A program made the position numbers and the translations under genes. Source: Gammaproteobacteria bacterium (GTDB lineage Bacteria > Pseudomonadota > Gammaproteobacteria > JBCCGL01). From it: a stretch of DNA of 64,000 bases. Below, piece after piece: positions 63,537 to 64,000 of this stretch; positions within the stretch are counted from its first letter, which is position 1, and each line of letters begins with the position of its first letter. Location: positions 736,001 to 800,000 of the forward strand of contig OZ255836.1 of NCBI GenBank assembly GCA_965277715.1. Direction: 5' to 3'. Under the pieces are notes generated by a model that saw only the letters and a program-made list of their open reading frames with translations, made no database searches and was not told the origin of the DNA.

Positions 63537-64000
63537 ATGAATACGCAGCGACCACCACCACCGACAAAGCCAAAGCAGTTGATTAAGCCAATAGACTGGT
63601 TTGTTATTGTCTTTGTGCTGGCTGTTTCGGTGTTCGTTGTGTATCGCGTCGAGCATGTGTTGGTGTACACCTGGAACTGGCCGGTGGTGCTCGATTATGT
63701 GGTTAGCTGGGATGAGGAAACCCAATCGCTGGTGCCGAATTTACTCTTGAAAGGGATGTTTATGACCTTGCGGCTGGCATTTTGGGGCACTATCCTGGCC
63801 GCTGTTATCGGTATTTTAATGGGGCTGTGTCGCACCAGTAATAACCTGTTTTTGCGTACCCTGTCGCGTGTCTACGTCGAACTGATAAGGAATATCCCGC
63901 CGATTGTTTTTATTTTTGTGTTTTATTTTTTTATCAGCAGCCAGCTTACCCCGGTATTGGGTCTGGATGACTTTGCCCGCAATGCATCACCCACCGCTAC
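63537..64000 (+). CDS. Polar amino acid ABC transporter permease, 3' end runs off the window
   Basis: Not in the ORF track. Manual translation MNTQRPPPPTKPKQLIKPIDW...GMFMTLRLAFWG...YVELIRNIPPIVFIFVFYFF, open to the window edge. Confidence 0.9.
   Translation, partial: MNTQRPPPPTKPKQLIKPIDWFVIVFVLAVSVFVVYRVEHVLVYTWNWPVVLDYVVSWDEETQSLVPNLLLKGMFMTLRLAFWGTILAAVIGILMGLCRTSNNLFLRTLSRVYVELIRNIPPIVFIFVFYFFISSQLTPVLGLDDFARNASPTA

Overview
Chromosomal window from a Gammaproteobacterium, probably marine (inferred from gene order and protein sequences). About 3.9-40.8 kb is a housekeeping backbone: rpsB-tsf-pyrH-frr-uppS-cdsA-dxr-rseP-bamA-skp-lpxD-fabZ-lpxA-gnnA-gnnB-lpxB-[atl, syd, astacin protease]-rnhB-dnaE-[AbrB/VapC toxin-antitoxin]-accA-tilS-pyrG-kdsA-eno-ftsB-ispD-ispF-nagZ-mscS-MTI phosphorylase-glpK. 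gnnAB between lpxA and lpxB points to a 2,3-diamino-glucose lipid A backbone. The left end (1-3.7 kb) and right end (41-64 kb) are accessory catabolic and transport regions. The most notable unannotated structure is at 49.5-58.4 kb: two back-to-back cargo cassettes with no transposase. Cassette 1 (49533-52504) has 38-bp Tn3-type inverted repeats and a near-perfect 5-bp target duplication and carries an SDR, a quinone oxidoreductase and a LysR. Cassette 2 (52517-58387) is a malonate uptake/activation module (matR-matPQM-deleted matA-matB) bounded by subterminal 28-bp inverted repeats and a 7-bp direct repeat that I cannot assign to a known family. Also seen: a small family of palindromic hairpins and an identical 15-mer upstream of both pyrH and pyrG. 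No rRNA, tRNA, CRISPR array, integrase or transposase was seen. All calls come from reading the sequence; no database searches were run.
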